Below, piece after piece: positions 51,872 through 62,718 of a stretch of DNA of 64,000 bases. The notes under the pieces are model-generated. The model saw nothing but the letters and a program-made list of their open reading frames with translations. It did not search any database and was not told where the DNA came from. A program made the position numbers and the translations under genes. The stretch's first letter is position 1, and each line of letters begins with the position of its first letter. The stretch spans positions 1 to 64,000 of the forward strand of contig JBIPSI010000030.1 in the NCBI GenBank assembly GCA_044070495.1, in the 5' to 3' direction. Source of the stretch: Spirulina sp. GTDB lineage: Bacteria > Cyanobacteriota > Cyanobacteriia > Phormidesmidales > Phormidesmidaceae.

Positions 51872-51927
51872 CAACCCCCAATAACCAATAACTGATAACC
51901 AGCCCAAAATCCCTACGTCCCACCCCC

Positions 51928-53349
51928 ATGATTCCCCCACCCCCCCGCCACCCTCTTCAGCGTCTTCAGGTCAGCGATGGTCTGCTGGTCACCGCCGAGC
52001 GTTGGCAGGTGGCCCACCAATACCATCGGCAGCGGCAGAATTTGCATTTTCAGGCGTTCCACCAGGGGGGAATTGTCAGTGGCCTAGGGGTATGCCCGAC
52101 GGAGGCTCCGGCCCAGGTGGCGAATATGTATCGAGACGGGCGCTGGTTGCAGGTGCAGCCCGGTATTGCGATGGACGATCAGGGCAACCCGATTGTGGTG
52201 CCCCAACCCATCACCTACCGGATTGCCGCCCAGCCCACCACGGAGCCTATGCTGGTGTACCTGGTGCTGAAATTTGTCGATCCCGACCAGTTGGAACCCC
52301 GCACCGGCACCCATGTGGTGCAGGAAACCTTTCGGCTGGAGGAAAAGGTTGCGCCGCCAGATGGTCTAGAAATTGAGCTGTGTCGCCTGGTGTTGCAGCC
52401 TGGGGATCGGCCAATTACCCTACCCCGCAATGGGTTTACCCCCGCCGCCAACGAACTCGACTGGCGCTATCGGCCCTTGGCTCAACGGCGTCCCCTGGGG
52501 GATATCACCCTCGGCTATCTCACCCTAACCCCTCAGGCTAGGCCGGATTTGGAGGATGCCCTCCAGCGGTTGATGACGGCAATGCCGGGGCTGTGGCCTA
52601 ACCTGCGGGGGAAGGTGAACCCGATGCCCCTCTGTTTGCGCCAGGGATTGGCCCTCACGTCCATCGATCTACAAGCCTACGACCTGCTGCATCTGACCTA
52701 CGCCGAGGCCCAAGCCTTGACCCAGGAAGAAATCGATCTGCTGCGCGTCTTTGAGGCCGAGGGCGGCACCCTGTTGATTGAGGTTGCCCCCGCCAGAACC
52801 ACGCTGGAGGAAATTTTCCAGGTGTGGGCGGATGTAATCAAGGTGTTGTCTAACTCCGTTGGGGTCGTCGATACCACCATGGGGGCTACCCTGGGTAGCG
52901 AACAGGCCGAACTGGAACGTTGCTTGGCCGTGGAATTGGCCCACAGTCTTCCCGCCTTGGCGACGTGGGTTGGGCAACCGCTGCCCACCGTCCCAGCATC
53001 CCCCGGCGAGGTCATCCCCGGCGATTGGCCCTTGGCGGGACGGCTGACGGATCGGCATCCCCTGCGTCAGCAGCCCTTCACCTTTAGCCAAAGCCTGCTG
53101 ATTCACAACCAGCCCTTGGCCTTGTTTAACTGGGGTGGAGTGGTTGTGGCCGTAGGCGATTTGACGGGGCTTTGGGGTGGCCCCAAAACTCAGTTCATGC
53201 CCCGCGACAGCCTTCGCAGCGCCCAGGAGTTAGGAATTAACCTGCTGCACTTGGCCTGGCAACGCCGCCAGTGGGCCATCACCACGCTGCCCGAAACCAG
53301 CCCCGGCCCCCCTCCCCGCCTAGAAAACATCTATGAGCGTCTCGGTTAA
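51928..53349 (+). CDS. CIS-associated protein with DUF4159-like C-terminal domain
   Basis: RLQVSDGLLVTAERW...YHRQRQ, VQPGIAMDDQGNPI; C-terminal HPL..PF.F...GDL...W...A.ELGINLL. Confidence 0.75.
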   Translation: MIPPPPRHPLQRLQVSDGLLVTAERWQVAHQYHRQRQNLHFQAFHQGGIVSGLGVCPTEAPAQVANMYRDGRWLQVQPGIAMDDQGNPIVVPQPITYRIAAQPTTEPMLVYLVLKFVDPDQLEPRTGTHVVQETFRLEEKVAPPDGLEIELCRLVLQPGDRPITLPRNGFTPAANELDWRYRPLAQRRPLGDITLGYLTLTPQARPDLEDALQRLMTAMPGLWPNLRGKVNPMPLCLRQGLALTSIDLQAYDLLHLTYAEAQALTQEEIDLLRVFEAEGGTLLIEVAPARTTLEEIFQVWADVIKVLSNSVGVVDTTMGATLGSEQAELERCLAVELAHSLPALATWVGQPLPTVPASPGEVIPGDWPLAGRLTDRHPLRQQPFTFSQSLLIHNQPLALFNWGGVVVAVGDLTGLWGGPKTQFMPRDSLRSAQELGINLLHLAWQRRQWAITTLPETSPGPPPRLENIYERLG

Positions 53350-53358
53350 TTCCCTCCC

Positions 53359-55632
53359 ATGGCCAAACTGCTCACAACTCAGATTTCTCCCCTGGTGCTG
53401 CATTTCAAGCCAGGGCAGGCTCCGCCGACCTTTGCGGTGCAGGTCATCAACCAAAGTGATGCCTTTTCCACCTTTCAGCTAGAGGTCTTAGCGGCAGGGG
53501 TAGAGGCGGGGACGAGTCGTTCTTGGTATCAGCAGTCCCCGGATTTGTCGGCCAAAATTCCCCCCGGAGATCGCACCCAATTTACGGTGACGGTGCTGGA
53601 TGTGCCCCCAGTACGGGGCGGCTTTGTGGGGTCGATGACCCTAACGGTGCGGGTCTTTTCCGTGGAACTGCGCCAGGAGGATCGGCAAGTGCTGACCCTG
53701 GTGATCGAGGGCAGCGGCATCATTCCACCGCAGATCAACGTTCTCAGCCCCGATCTGACCGTAGCCCCCCAGAGCCGGATGGAAATCCCGGTGCGGCTGT
53801 ACAACCCCAACCGCAGCGCCCTGCGGGTGAATCTCTCCGTTCAGGGTTTGCCCCCCGAATGGCTCACCGATGGCCAAGAGCGCCGCCTAGAGGTGCCTGC
53901 CCAGGGGGAGGTGATGACCACCTTTCTCGGCCAGATTGAATCCCCCCTGGATGCCCCCAGCCAGGTCTATCCCTTTGAACTAGAAGCCCGTGTCACGTCC
54001 TTGGTGAGCCAGCGGTTGACCAGCCAGCTTACGGTGCTGCCAGCGGGGACGGTGGAGATGGAACTGACCACCCCCACGGTCATCTATCCCCCCCTCAAAG
54101 CCCCTCGCTCATCCCGAAAACCCCAGACTCAACCTACCAAAACAACCTCGACTCCCTGGCTCAATTTACCGATGATGGGAGCAGCCTTCACTTCCCCAGG
54201 ACAAAGGACGAAAGCCGCGACACCCGGCCCATCGGCTCCACCCGCCCAACCCTCTGGATCAGCCCTTAGCCTGACCTTTTACAACCAGAGCAACCTGGCC
54301 CAAACCATTACCCCGGTGGTGGATCGGGTGAGGCTGGGCTGGTTGGGTGACAGTTTTGATGGCGGTGTTGAGGGCGGCGACGAACAGATTCGCCCCCTGG
54401 CCCCCGGAGACCGCATTACCCTACCCCAGACCCCTCTCGATCTGCCCATTGGCGCAGTGCTGCCGATCACCCTGCCCATAGCGGTTAATCGCCCTTGGCT
54501 AGGCTGGACGCGCACCCATTTGTTTCGCCTGTCGGTGCTGAGGCCAGAGACCCAAATTCCCCTCGAACCCGATCACCATACCGTGACGGTACGAGCTAGA
54601 CCTCGCCTGTCCTGGGGATTGCAGCTCACGGTGATGGGTGGGCTACTGGGACTGCTGTTACTGCGGCTGCTGCTGCCCCCTAGCCATCGAGGGCCTGTCA
54701 ATATGGTGCGCTTCGATGGCCGAGCCTCGGAGGTCTTAAGCGCTTCGGAGGATCAGACGGTGCGGCTATGGCGGGTCTCTGGGAACCACCTGAAACGGTG
54801 GCAGCGTCCGGTACAGGCCGATAAGGCGGTGCGGGTGGCTCGCTATCGGCCCGTGGGCAACGATGCCATCGCGGTGGGCTACGAAAATGGATCGACGGAA
54901 ATCATCAACCTGCGAGTGCCTGAAGCGCCCCTCGTGCTCGACCATGATCTAGGGGATCGAATTTTTGATCTGCAATTTACCCCCGACGCCCAAACCCTAT
55001 TCACGGGTTACGGCAGCGGTGCCCTGCGCCGTTGGGATCTATCGGGTCTACCGAGGGGAAACCTGCGCCCGGTGCAGGCCGAAGATGTCGGCTTTGCGGT
55101 ACAGACCCTCGCCCTCATTCCCAATAACCAGGTTTTGGTGGGCGGTCGCTTCAATCGCCTGGTCGTTTGGGACTGGCTTCAAGACGCGGTCGTCCCCTTT
55201 CCTTACCTATCGGGCGGCAGCGATCAAGACTACATCACCAGCCTCGCCACCGCCTCCCAGCGCCCCCACCGCCTTGCCATTGCCGACAACCAGGGCCGCA
55301 TCAGCCTTTGGGATTTGCAAACTTGCCTACCATCGGGAAACTGCTTACCCCTCTATACCTGGGGCGATGGCCATGGGGGAGAATCCGTGCGGGCTTTGGC
55401 CTTCACCGAAAGCGGCTGTGCCCTGGTGAGTGGCGGAGCCGATGGCCAGATCAAACTGTGGGAAATTCAGGCCGATGGCAGGGTGGTCAACGAGCGTCGC
55501 CTAGGAAAATCTCGCCAAGCCATAGATGCCGTGGATGTGGTGATTCGGGATAACCGCTTGCTGGCGGTGAGTGGGGGCCGTGATCGGCGCGTGAAGCTCT
55601 ACACCGCCCCCATTCCAGCCACCTGCCGTTGA
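53359..55632 (+). CDS. Membrane-anchored WD40 protein with N-terminal beta-sandwich repeats
   Basis: Beta-rich N-terminal half; Pro/Thr linker; hydrophobic LQLTVMGGLLGLLLLRLLL; WD repeats (SASEDQTVRLW, SGGADGQIKLW). Confidence 0.85.
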   Translation: MAKLLTTQISPLVLHFKPGQAPPTFAVQVINQSDAFSTFQLEVLAAGVEAGTSRSWYQQSPDLSAKIPPGDRTQFTVTVLDVPPVRGGFVGSMTLTVRVFSVELRQEDRQVLTLVIEGSGIIPPQINVLSPDLTVAPQSRMEIPVRLYNPNRSALRVNLSVQGLPPEWLTDGQERRLEVPAQGEVMTTFLGQIESPLDAPSQVYPFELEARVTSLVSQRLTSQLTVLPAGTVEMELTTPTVIYPPLKAPRSSRKPQTQPTKTTSTPWLNLPMMGAAFTSPGQRTKAATPGPSAPPAQPSGSALSLTFYNQSNLAQTITPVVDRVRLGWLGDSFDGGVEGGDEQIRPLAPGDRITLPQTPLDLPIGAVLPITLPIAVNRPWLGWTRTHLFRLSVLRPETQIPLEPDHHTVTVRARPRLSWGLQLTVMGGLLGLLLLRLLLPPSHRGPVNMVRFDGRASEVLSASEDQTVRLWRVSGNHLKRWQRPVQADKAVRVARYRPVGNDAIAVGYENGSTEIINLRVPEAPLVLDHDLGDRIFDLQFTPDAQTLFTGYGSGALRRWDLSGLPRGNLRPVQAEDVGFAVQTLALIPNNQVLVGGRFNRLVVWDWLQDAVVPFPYLSGGSDQDYITSLATASQRPHRLAIADNQGRISLWDLQTCLPSGNCLPLYTWGDGHGGESVRALAFTESGCALVSGGADGQIKLWEIQADGRVVNERRLGKSRQAIDAVDVVIRDNRLLAVSGGRDRRVKLYTAPIPATCR

Positions 55633-55639
55633 ACTGTGG

Positions 55640-56899
55640 CTAGGCCACGGCGAGGGTAGCTTCGGCAGCTTTGGCGAGGATCTCGGCTTTATCGGTGGCT
55701 TCCCAGGGCAGATCCAGATCGGTGCGGCCAAAGTGACCGTAGGCGGCTACGTCTTGGTAGAAGCGTCCTCCCCGTTCTTGGGGCAGGGTTTGCAGGTTAA
55801 AGGTTGCAATAATCCCGGCGGGACGCAGCTCGAAGTGATCCTTCGCCAGGGCGAGGATTTGATCGTCGCTGATCTTCCCGGTGCCAAAGGTGTCGATGAA
55901 GATACTCACCGGACGGGCTACACCAATGGCATAGCTAAGCTGCACTTCGCACTTTTCGGCTAGGCCAGCGGCCACGATGTTCTTGGCCATGTGGCGGCAG
56001 GCATAGGCGGCACTGCGGTCTACCTTGGTGGGATCCTTACCCGAGAAGGCACCGCCGCCGTGGCGAGAATAGCCGCCGTAGGTATCCACGATGATTTTGC
56101 GTCCGGTCAGTCCGGCATCGCCCTGGGGGCCACCGATGACGAACTTTCCGGTGGGGTTCACCAAAAAGCGAGTATCGGCATCGGGCTTGATGGTCAAGTC
56201 ACCAAAGACGGGCAGCACCACCTGATCCCACAGGTCGGCCTTGATTTTGGCCTGCACGCCAGCTTCGTCGGTGATGTCACCAATGGCAGCGGTGTGCTGG
56301 GTGGAAACCAGGATGGTATCGATACCGACGGGTTTGCCGTCTTCGTAGGCCACCGTCACCTGGGTTTTGCCGTCGGGGCGCAGATAGGGCAGTTGACCCG
56401 CTTTACGCACCGCCGCCAGTTGTCGGGCAATGCGGTGGGCCAAGCTAATGGGCAGGGGCATAAATTCTGGGGTTTCGTTGCAGGCAAAGCCAAACATAAT
56501 GCCTTGGTCGCCCGCCCCGGTGGCATCAAAGATCTCTTCGCTAGAGGCAGCCCGAGTTTCGTGGGCTTGGTCAACGCCCTGGGCAATGTCGCGGGATTGT
56601 TCGTCTAGGGTGATCATCACCGCACAGCTATCGGCGGAAAAGCCGTTGTTGGTAGGATCGGTATAGCCGATTTCCTCAATTTTGCGGCGAATCAGATTGG
56701 CATAGTTGACGGTGGCCTGGGAGGAAATTTCCCCCGTCACTAGCACGAGGCCCGTGTTCACCACCACCTCCGCCGCCACTCGGCTGAGGGGATCCTGGGC
56801 CAGCATGGCATCCAAAATCGTATCGGAAATTTGGTCGCAAATTTTATCCGGGTGCCCTTCGGTAACAGACTCGGAGGTAAACAGGTAACGCTTAGACAA
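55640..56899 (-). CDS. metK: S-adenosylmethionine synthetase
   Basis: [28 protein letters not shown]. Confidence 0.98.
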   Translation of the reverse strand: MSKRYLFTSESVTEGHPDKICDQISDTILDAMLAQDPLSRVAAEVVVNTGLVLVTGEISSQATVNYANLIRRKIEEIGYTDPTNNGFSADSCAVMITLDEQSRDIAQGVDQAHETRAASSEEIFDATGAGDQGIMFGFACNETPEFMPLPISLAHRIARQLAAVRKAGQLPYLRPDGKTQVTVAYEDGKPVGIDTILVSTQHTAAIGDITDEAGVQAKIKADLWDQVVLPVFGDLTIKPDADTRFLVNPTGKFVIGGPQGDAGLTGRKIIVDTYGGYSRHGGGAFSGKDPTKVDRSAAYACRHMAKNIVAAGLAEKCEVQLSYAIGVARPVSIFIDTFGTGKISDDQILALAKDHFELRPAGIIATFNLQTLPQERGGRFYQDVAAYGHFGRTDLDLPWEATDKAEILAKAAEATLAVA

Positions 56900-57086
56900 T
56901 GACCGGCCCTCTTCTTTTCACAAAATTTAGATCATTTACCCTAGGGATAATGTCAGTCAGCCTCGACAAATCCCTGATAAATCAATGGCAAACCTTTGAT
57001 CTCACCTATATAAACCACAAGGCAGAGGAAGATTTACCTATCAAAGACTACCGCATTTAGTTCCCATTTCAGGACGCCATGAACCC

Positions 57087-57863
57087 CTAGGAGCCAATTT
57101 TTAAATCCTCCCAACGGCGAAGAATCAGGTCAGATCCAGCCACGGGGGGCCGTCCCCAGGCTTCGGAAACCGAGATAAATCCTGCCGCTTCGGCCTGATG
57201 AGCTAGGGCTTGATCCACCCAGCTATCACCCACAATTACCCCTTGGCGAGGGTCTACCCCCATGCGCCCACAGAGGCGGTGCAGCAAGGCTGGATTGGGT
57301 TTAGGAATATCCTCCGGCTCGGTACCCTGCCAGTCGTCTATCCAGGGGAGAAGGTCGTAATGACGTAAAAATCCCTCGATATTGGCCGGACTATCGGAGG
57401 ATAAAACCCCTAACTTGATCTCGCTTTGGCTGAGGCGCTGAAGCATCGCCTGGGTGCCAGGAAAGGGGGGCGTATAGAGCGTCTTAGGGCTGAGGTCGCC
57501 ATCCGCCAGGGCAAACTGTGCGGCGACGAGGGTTTGAATCTCTAATTTATCTAATTGAGAGGAAGCTTTAATGCCTAGCAATACCTCAACTAGGGCATCG
57601 ATATTGGATTGGCGCGTCCCTGCGGCCATTAAGCCATCGGGGTCGATGCCGTTGTCCCCCACCCCCAATGCGGCCAGGAGTTGATCCACCAGATCACCAG
57701 GGAAGAGCTGAAGGTGATGGGCAACAGCCTCCACACAGCGCTGGCTGCGGGCCTGGGCCAGGTGTTTTAAAAACGCAACAGAGTCCGCCAGGGTGCCATC
57801 CTTATCAAAAATGATGGCTTTAATCCCTAACAGACTCTGAGAACCGCAGTAGACCTGGCTCAA
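57087..57863 (-). CDS. HAD family hydrolase
   Basis: IFDKDGTL, KPNP, VGDS. Confidence 0.88.
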   Translation of the reverse strand: MSQVYCGSQSLLGIKAIIFDKDGTLADSVAFLKHLAQARSQRCVEAVAHHLQLFPGDLVDQLLAALGVGDNGIDPDGLMAAGTRQSNIDALVEVLLGIKASSQLDKLEIQTLVAAQFALADGDLSPKTLYTPPFPGTQAMLQRLSQSEIKLGVLSSDSPANIEGFLRHYDLLPWIDDWQGTEPEDIPKPNPALLHRLCGRMGVDPRQGVIVGDSWVDQALAHQAEAAGFISVSEAWGRPPVAGSDLILRRWEDLKIGS

Positions 57864-57872
57864 GGGGCTATT

Positions 57873-58844
57873 CTAGTCAACGGCAACGGCGACTTCGTCT
57901 TCTTCGTAGACCTCTTCACCCATGAGGGCAGCCTCTTTCTCAGCGGCTTGCTTGCGCAGGTTCTCGCGATACTTCGCGGCCATTTCCTCGGCTTTGTCGT
58001 AGACGAGGTCGGGGTTCTTCACCATGTCGCCCGGTTCTGGCTCAAGCTGCTTGGTGGAGAGGGAAATCCGTCCCCGCTCGGCATCGAGGTCGATGATCAT
58101 GACCTTGATTTCGTCGTTGACGTTGAGCACGCTGTGGGGAGTGTCGATGTGGTCGTGGGAGATTTCGGAAATGTGCAGCAGACCGCTGACGCCGCCGATG
58201 TCGATGAAGGCACCGTAGGGCTTGAGGCCACGCACAGCCCCCAGCACCACTTCGCCCACTTGCAGGCCGTTCATCTTGCGCTCCACCAGGGCGCGACGGT
58301 GACTGAGCACCAGGCGGTTGCGTTCTTCGTCCACTTCCAGGAACTTCAGGGGCAGGTCTTCGCCCACCAGATCTTCCTTGGGCTTGCGGGTGCTGATGTG
58401 GGAACCAGGAATGAAGCCGCGCAGACCCTCGATCCGCACCAGGGCACCGCCTCGATTGGTGGCAAACACGCCGGAGCGTACGGTGGCGTCTTCTTGTTGT
58501 AGCTGACGCACCCGCTCCCAGGCCCGCATGTACTCAATCCGGCGGATGGACAGGGTGAGCTGACCATCTTCGTTTTCGTCGGTGAGGATGAAGAACTCGC
58601 GGGTTTCGTTGAAGCGCAGCACCTCTTCGGGGTGATCTACGCGGTTGATGGACATTTCTTGGATGGGCAGGTAAGCTGCCGTCTTGGCACCGATGTCAAT
58701 CAGGGCACCTCTGGGTTCCAAGCTAAAGACAGTCCCGGTGACGGTGTCGCCAGGGTTGAAGTGGTAGTCGTACTTGTCCAGCAGTGCAGCAAAGTCTTCG
58801 TGTGTAAACCCGATTCCCGTGTCCTTTACGTCCTGATTGAGCAT
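57873..58844 (-). CDS. rps1: 30S ribosomal protein S1 (cyanobacterial three-domain type)
   Basis: FTHEDFAALLDKYDYHF; three S1 domains. Confidence 0.97.
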   Translation of the reverse strand: MLNQDVKDTGIGFTHEDFAALLDKYDYHFNPGDTVTGTVFSLEPRGALIDIGAKTAAYLPIQEMSINRVDHPEEVLRFNETREFFILTDENEDGQLTLSIRRIEYMRAWERVRQLQQEDATVRSGVFATNRGGALVRIEGLRGFIPGSHISTRKPKEDLVGEDLPLKFLEVDEERNRLVLSHRRALVERKMNGLQVGEVVLGAVRGLKPYGAFIDIGGVSGLLHISEISHDHIDTPHSVLNVNDEIKVMIIDLDAERGRISLSTKQLEPEPGDMVKNPDLVYDKAEEMAAKYRENLRKQAAEKEAALMGEEVYEEDEVAVAVD

Positions 58845-59039
58845 GCTAGTGTTTTCCTAAGGTTTTCTCCGTAAATACTGCGGTTTTCTGTGCAGACGTA
58901 CAAAACAATCGACTCAGTGATATAGAGGCTCGTACCGTACACAAACCGTATCGGCCCGAGACAGCCCGATAAACCCACAGGATTACGATTATAACCGATG
59001 GGGCCAAGATCTTGAAGAGGAGGTTTTAAAGATTCGAGG

Positions 59040-59570
59040 TCACGAAGACAACACCGGAGTGGTGTAGGTCAGGGTTGACTCGGCTGGATGGGGTAAGTCG
59101 TCAGAGTACGCCGAGGACTCGGCATCCTGGAGCTGGCTGAGGGTGTCGGTGAAGTCGCGGATACCCTGGAACTGACGATAGACGGAGGCAAACCGGACAA
59201 AAGCCACTTCGTTGAGGGGGCGCAGTTTGGTTAACACCATTTCACCAATTTCGGCGCTGCTCACTTCTCGGTGGTGGCGCTGTTGCAGTTCGGCCTCAAT
59301 GTCATCGACAATGCCCTCCATCACCTGGGAGGAAACGGGGGTTTTTTCGCAGGCTCGCACGATGCCCCGTAGCAGTTTAGAACGGTCGAATAATTCTTGG
59401 TCGGCGCTGCGTTTAATCACCGTCACCGGAACGTATTCAATGCGCTCGTAGGTGGTGAAGCGGCGCTCGCACTGGAGGCATTCCCGCCGCCGCCGAATGC
59501 TGCGCCCCGACTCGGCGGAACGGGACTCTAGCACGCGGTTATTGGGATGTTGGCAAAAGGGACAATGCAT
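59040..59570 (-). CDS. nrdR: Transcriptional repressor NrdR
   Basis: [25 protein letters not shown] cone, AFVRFASVY. Confidence 0.97.
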   Translation of the reverse strand: MHCPFCQHPNNRVLESRSAESGRSIRRRRECLQCERRFTTYERIEYVPVTVIKRSADQELFDRSKLLRGIVRACEKTPVSSQVMEGIVDDIEAELQQRHHREVSSAEIGEMVLTKLRPLNEVAFVRFASVYRQFQGIRDFTDTLSQLQDAESSAYSDDLPHPAESTLTYTTPVLSS

Positions 59571-59899
59571 GGACACCCCCAGGAGAGGACAATGTTCACC
59601 TGCTCCCGGATTCGCGATGCTATGTACGAGTCATAGGCCATGGCACTGGCAAACCGGGACGACGTTAGAAACGGAGAAAGCGGCGTAAACCGCATGTTTT
59701 TCTGCAAATTTGCAGGAACATAACTTGTTATCTATATTAAATAGATTTCGTAAAAAGCGGTTAATTCAATTCAACGTCAATTCGCCACGGGGTTTACAGT
59801 AATTTACCGAGGAAAGGGTAAGATCTCATCGTTTGGGTTGTTGTACTGCGCTACAAGTACGCCACAGCCCACCCTATCGCAACCGGAGAGAGCACCCCT

Positions 59900-62581
59900 G
59901 TGAACAGTTTCAACGCCAAAACCACCCTGCCCGTTGGTGACAAAACCTACACGATTTACAGCCTGCCTGAGGCGGCGAAGTCCTTAGGCGATGTCAGCCG
60001 TTTACCCTTTAGCCTGAAGGTGCTGCTAGAAAACCTGCTGCGCTACGAAGACGGGCGCTCGGTGACGGCGGAGGATGTACAGGCGATTGCGACCTGGCTG
60101 CAAACCCAGACCTCCAATCGGGAAATTGCCTACCGTCCGGCGCGGGTGCTGATGCAGGACTTTACCGGGGTGCCTGCGGTGGTGGATTTGGCCGCCATGC
60201 GCGACGCCATGGTGAACCTGGGCGGCGACCCCAACAAGATTAACCCCCTGTCTCCGGTGGATCTGGTGATTGACCACTCGGTGATGGTGGACTCCTTCGG
60301 CAGCGACCACGCCTTTGGCGACAACGTACAAAAGGAATTTGAGCGCAACCACGAACGCTACGCCTTTTTGCGCTGGGGTCAGAATGCCTTTGACAACTTC
60401 CGGGTGGTGCCCCCCGGTACGGGCATTTGCCACCAGGTGAACCTGGAGTACCTAGCCCAGGTGGTCTGGACGAAGGACGTAGACGGCGAAACCCAAGCCT
60501 ACCCCGATACCCTGGTGGGCACCGACAGCCACACCACCATGATCAACGGCTTGGCGGTGCTGGGCTGGGGCGTGGGCGGCATTGAGGCTGAAGCGGCGAT
60601 GCTGGGCCAGCCCATTTCCATGCTGATTCCCGAAGTGGTGGGCTTTAAGCTGACGGGGCAACTGCCGGAGGGGGCCACCGCCACCGACCTGGTGCTGACC
60701 GTGGTGCAAATGCTGCGAGCCAAGGGCGTGGTGGGCAAGTTTGTGGAATTCTACGGCGACGGCCTGGATCACCTCACCCTGGCGGATCGGGCTACCCTGG
60801 CCAATATGGCTCCAGAATACGGCGCGACCTGCGGCTTCTTCCCCATCGATGCCGAAACCGTCAAGTATCTAGAATTTTCGGGCCGCGATGCCGAACGCAT
60901 TGCCCTGGTGGAAGCCTACGCCAAGGCCCAGGGCATGTGGCGCGATGCCAGCACCCCCGACCCCATCTTTACCGACAGCCTCTCCCTCGACCTGGCCACG
61001 GTGGAACCCTCCCTGGCGGGGCCGAAGCGTCCCCAAGATCGGGTGCGCCTGTCGGATTTAGCCAGCCAGTTTAAGACCTCGGATTTCCCTGGCTTCAGCG
61101 GTAAAGACTACGCCGAGAAGCGTTCCGTACCCGTAGCCGGGGCGGATTACAGCCTCACCGATGGCGACGTGGTGATTGCGGCGATTACGAGCTGCACCAA
61201 CACCTCCAACCCCTCGGTGATGATTGGGGCGGGTCTGGTGGCCCGCAAAGCCCGTGAGAAGGGGCTGACCGTGAAGCCCTGGGTGAAGACCTCCCTCGCC
61301 CCCGGTAGCCAGGTGGTGAGCGACTACCTGGAAAAGGCCAATCTGCAAGAAGACCTGGATGCCCTAGGCTTTAACCTAGTCGGCTACGGCTGCACTACCT
61401 GCATCGGCAACTCTGGCCCCCTGCCTGCCCCCATCGCTAGCGCTATTGATGAGAGTGATCTCGTCGTCGGTGCCGTTCTCTCTGGCAACCGCAACTTTGA
61501 GGGCCGCGTCAGCCCTCACACCAAGGCCAACTACCTAGCCTCGCCGCCCCTGGTGGTGGCCTACGCCATTGCGGGGAACCTGGCCATCGACCTGAAGACC
61601 GACCCCATCGGCGAAGACTCCGCCGGAAACCCCGTCTACCTAAAGGACATTTGGCCCAGTGCCGCCGAAATTCAGGAGGTCATGGCCCAGGCGCTCACTC
61701 CAGAGATGTTCCGCAGCCGCTATAGCAACGTGTTCCTCGGCACCGAAAGCTGGCAGCAGATCGACACCGTGGAGCAGCAAACCTACCCCTGGCAGGGCGA
61801 AAGCACCTACGTGCAAAACCCGCCCTACTTTGTGGAGATGGCCGCTAGCACCAGCGATCAGAGCTTTGGCGATATCCTCGGGGCCCGTCCCCTGGCCATC
61901 CTGGGCGACAGCATCACCACCGACCACATTTCCCCGGCAGGTGCCATCAAGGCCGACAGTCCGGCGGGCCACTACCTGGTGGGTAACAACGTCGTCGCGG
62001 CGGATTTCAACTCCTACGGCTCTCGGCGCGGCAACCACGAAATCATGATGCGCGGCACCTTCGCCAACATTCGCCTCAAGAACGAGATGGTGCCCGGTTC
62101 CTCCGGCGGCGTCACCAAGCACATGCCCGATGGCGAAACTCTCTCCATCTACGATGCCTCGATGAAGTACCAGGCCGAGGGCACCCCCCTGATCGTGATT
62201 GCTGGCAAGGAGTACGGCACGGGGTCTTCCCGCGACTGGGCCGCCAAGGGCACTCGCCTGCTGGGGGTGAAAGCCGTGGTAGCCGAGAGCTTTGAGCGCA
62301 TCCACCGCTCCAACCTAGTGGGCATGGGCGTACTGCCGCTTCAGTTCACAGAGGGCACCCATCGCGGTGTGCTGAACCTAGATGGCTCCGAAACCTTTGA
62401 TCTAACGGGCCTCAGTGCTGGCATTCAACCCGGCATGACCGTGACCTTGGTGATTCACCGGGCCGATGGTACCAGCACCGACGTGCCCCTGCTCTGCCGC
62501 ATCGACACCCTGGATGAAGTGGAATACTTCCTCAACGGCGGCATTTTGCAGTATGTGCTGCGTCAACTGTTGGCGGCCTAG
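59900..62581 (+). CDS. acnA: Aconitate hydratase A
   Basis: [55 protein letters not shown]; 893 aa. Confidence 0.96.
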   Translation: MNSFNAKTTLPVGDKTYTIYSLPEAAKSLGDVSRLPFSLKVLLENLLRYEDGRSVTAEDVQAIATWLQTQTSNREIAYRPARVLMQDFTGVPAVVDLAAMRDAMVNLGGDPNKINPLSPVDLVIDHSVMVDSFGSDHAFGDNVQKEFERNHERYAFLRWGQNAFDNFRVVPPGTGICHQVNLEYLAQVVWTKDVDGETQAYPDTLVGTDSHTTMINGLAVLGWGVGGIEAEAAMLGQPISMLIPEVVGFKLTGQLPEGATATDLVLTVVQMLRAKGVVGKFVEFYGDGLDHLTLADRATLANMAPEYGATCGFFPIDAETVKYLEFSGRDAERIALVEAYAKAQGMWRDASTPDPIFTDSLSLDLATVEPSLAGPKRPQDRVRLSDLASQFKTSDFPGFSGKDYAEKRSVPVAGADYSLTDGDVVIAAITSCTNTSNPSVMIGAGLVARKAREKGLTVKPWVKTSLAPGSQVVSDYLEKANLQEDLDALGFNLVGYGCTTCIGNSGPLPAPIASAIDESDLVVGAVLSGNRNFEGRVSPHTKANYLASPPLVVAYAIAGNLAIDLKTDPIGEDSAGNPVYLKDIWPSAAEIQEVMAQALTPEMFRSRYSNVFLGTESWQQIDTVEQQTYPWQGESTYVQNPPYFVEMAASTSDQSFGDILGARPLAILGDSITTDHISPAGAIKADSPAGHYLVGNNVVAADFNSYGSRRGNHEIMMRGTFANIRLKNEMVPGSSGGVTKHMPDGETLSIYDASMKYQAEGTPLIVIAGKEYGTGSSRDWAAKGTRLLGVKAVVAESFERIHRSNLVGMGVLPLQFTEGTHRGVLNLDGSETFDLTGLSAGIQPGMTVTLVIHRADGTSTDVPLLCRIDTLDEVEYFLNGGILQYVLRQLLAA

Positions 62582-62635
62582 AGGATCAAAAACGGGGCGT
62601 GTTGACAACCAATACGCCCTAGAATCTGCTTTTAG

Positions 62636-62669
62636 AAACCAGTATTCCTAGGTTGGGGTACTGGTTTTT
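62636..62669. terminator. Hairpin terminator between convergent acnA and the acyltransferase
   Basis: AAACCAGTATTCC...GGGGTACTGGTTTTT. Confidence 0.65.
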
Positions 62670-62718
62670 GTTGTTGGTTATTGGTTATTGGCTGTTGCTG
62701 AGTGCATGGCTGGGCTGG

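Noticed and set aside
47997..55632. Prophage or T6SS
   Set aside because: No capsid, terminase, portal, integrase or TssJLM/ClpV genes. Host-like composition and gene set fit an eCIS/tCIS-type baseplate.
59590..59660. Glutamine (glnA/downstream-peptide) riboswitch suggested by GTTCACC
   Set aside because: The conserved GACGGAAGTA-type core is not present.
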